Shown: piece by piece, positions 62,330 to 64,000 of the stretch
How positions within the stretch are numbered: the stretch's first letter is position 1
How the letters are laid out: every line of letters begins with the position of its first letter
NCBI GenBank assembly: GCA_963705725.1
Contig: CAVPKM010000013.1
Location: 128,001 to 192,000, forward strand
Source: an uncultured Gammaproteobacteria bacterium
Lineage (GTDB): Bacteria > Pseudomonadota > Gammaproteobacteria > UBA6002
Length of the DNA: 64,000 nt
Direction: 5' to 3'
Program-made: the position numbers and the translations under genes
The notes under the pieces: generated by a model
What the model saw: the letters and a program-made list of their open reading frames with translations, nothing else
What the model was told of the DNA's origin: nothing
The model's database searches: none

Positions 62330-64000
62330 GCGCTACTCCTTTAAAAAAACAGGAGTATGCAAGAACTTACGTTATAGCATAAGTGGGTGGTTAAATTAGC
62401 GGATACGAATATTGCATCCAAAATAGGATATTACGTCTGAAACTTGCGCAGGCATTGATAAAAACTTATAGAAAGTCTCGCATTGAAATAATAGCTCAAT
62501 GAGTTCTGCATCCTTGTCGTGGATGCAGAGCTCAGAAATTGTAAGGCGATTAGTTGCAAGGTTTGTAATGTCATTTTCGGTAAGAAGAGGAAGAAGGACG
62601 CGAATCAATTCTTTTTGACAAGCCCCTAGAGCGCCCAATAAAGCAATATCAAGGTTGTGTTCGCCCCTTGCTAGTAATAATTTGACAGTCGCTAGAGAAC
62701 CTGTATGTGCCGCCACTCTGAGAAAAAATCTAATTTTTTCACAGTCAGGCAATGCCTCTAATAAGATTTCAACACATTCAGCATGCCCATTCTTAACAGC
62801 ATTCCATAAAGCCGCTTCTTTTCGAGATCCTTCATCCAAACAATGATCTCCTGGCGTAGAGGCATCATATTGTATAACCTCCTCGCATAAAGGCGTTTCT
62901 TTGCAATTATCTAACAATAAAGAGAGGATTTCAGCATGCCCATTGCCAGCTGCCGCCTCCAATCCTCCAGGAAACATAAATAAGTTAGCAAGAAGAAGTT
63001 TTAGCATCTCAAAATTTCCATTTTGACATGCATGAAGAAAGAGAGATTCGTAGTTTTTGTCTTGCAAAGAAAGAGGGCTATCTTTATCTTTCGCAAAATT
63101 TATTAGCCACTCTGCCACGGCCAATTGGTTATTTTTGAGCGCCTCTACTAAGGCAGATTGATGGAAGGCAGATTGATAATCAGTAAAACTCGTATGATAA
63201 TCACAAATTAATTCCCTCACGATTTTTAGATGTCCGTTTTTACAGGCCAAGAGAATATACTCATTACCAAAAATACGGGCGTCTTGCTTGAGGTACTTTA
63301 CGAAGTGAATATCGCCTCCACCCATACAAGCCTCTTCAAGCATGGTGTTAACAGATTCTTCAGTCAATTCAGGAATAATATAAGTCGTTGGATAGCTTGC
63401 AATGAGTTCACATAAGAGATTTTCAGCAGAGTCATCCTCTAAATTAGCGAGGGAATATTTGCTCAAAAGATTATAAAAATCGATAGCTCTTCTATCATAT
63501 GCCAGCCTCACTCCCTTTCCCTTGTCCACGATCGCTTGAATTTTTTCCCATAAATAGGGATCATTAGAATCCCTTTTAATGTGGTTACCAATAAGCGGGA
63601 TTCCTTCTGATCGACTGCCTTCCCAGAACACTCTATTTGTACATAAGCCATAAATAAAGGCAATAATGGATGCTTTGGTATAGAATTCTTTCAGCATAGC
63701 CTCTGGATTTTTTTCATTTTCATTTATCATTTCATGCCTCGTGTTTAGAATTGAACTGTATTGATGAATAGTTTAATGATAAAAAATGAAGAGCATATTA
63801 AATTAATTAAAAATATGTTAGCAACGAATGGCGATTGTATCAAAATGCCATTGTAATTTTTTTCTAGTACAGGGGACAGTACGCATTGCCTCATTCAGTC
63901 AAGAATTTTTTGAAGAATTTTTGTCATTGCATTTTACAACAGGATATTTCTCGAAAAATAACTGACGCGTGATTAATTTATCAATTGATATTGGCATTGT

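Larger units (their letters stand above)
60016..62406 (-). mobile_element. IS66-family element, copy 2 (2391 bp)
   Basis: Same IRs as copy 1; 8-bp TSD GAATATTG at 60008-60015 and 62407-62414. Confidence 0.97.
59493..63730 (-). pseudogene. Ankyrin-repeat protein, paralog B, split by IS66
   Basis: 62407-63730 plus 59493-60015 rejoin at the TSD into a frame colinear with paralog A (GCNI|LKRLLESS). Confidence 0.92.

Noticed and set aside
56072-62406. Already-transposed composite transposon
   Set aside because: Each IS has its own different TSD, and both interrupted genes continue inside the enclosed segment
51653-63730. Ankyrin paralogs as a diversity-generating retroelement template/variable pair
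   Set aside because: Differences are not adenine-specific in the block checked, include indels, and no reverse transcriptase is in the window

Overview
AT-rich gammaproteobacterial chromosome segment. Its gene content (IcmD-like paralog, ankyrin proteins, CaaX protein, Rpn genes, PmrA-like boxes) points to a Legionellales/Coxiellaceae-like intracellular bacterium; this taxonomy is inference. Core blocks: tolB-pal-cpoB-queE, a MoxR/DUF58/VWA/TPR/BatD operon, tRNA-Lys, corC-ypjD/ffh-rpsP-rimM-trmD-rplS-ygfZ-lysS/prfB, adk, ampDE-aceEF-lpdA, comF/bioH-bioC and xseB-ispA-dxs-OPT. Accessory blocks: (i) a 4.9-kb island at 11313-16258, bounded by a 17-18 bp direct repeat, with two Rpn copies, three IS remnants, a MITE and an orphan gene of 49-aa tandem repeats with EPIYA-like tyrosine motifs; (ii) an ankyrin protein ending in the CaaX box CLVM; (iii) 48.5-64 kb, with a protease, GNAT, a decayed HTH/PIN toxin-antitoxin pair, two ankyrin paralogs with hypervariable patches and two near-identical IS66 copies. 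The TPR gene holds a ~69-copy 9-bp (Lys-Glu-Asn) tandem repeat. Many single-base frameshifts in conserved genes (pal, moxR, bioH, bioC) suggest long-read indel errors, so frameshift-only pseudogene calls are uncertain. No CRISPR array or rRNA seen. All family assignments are by eye, without database searches.
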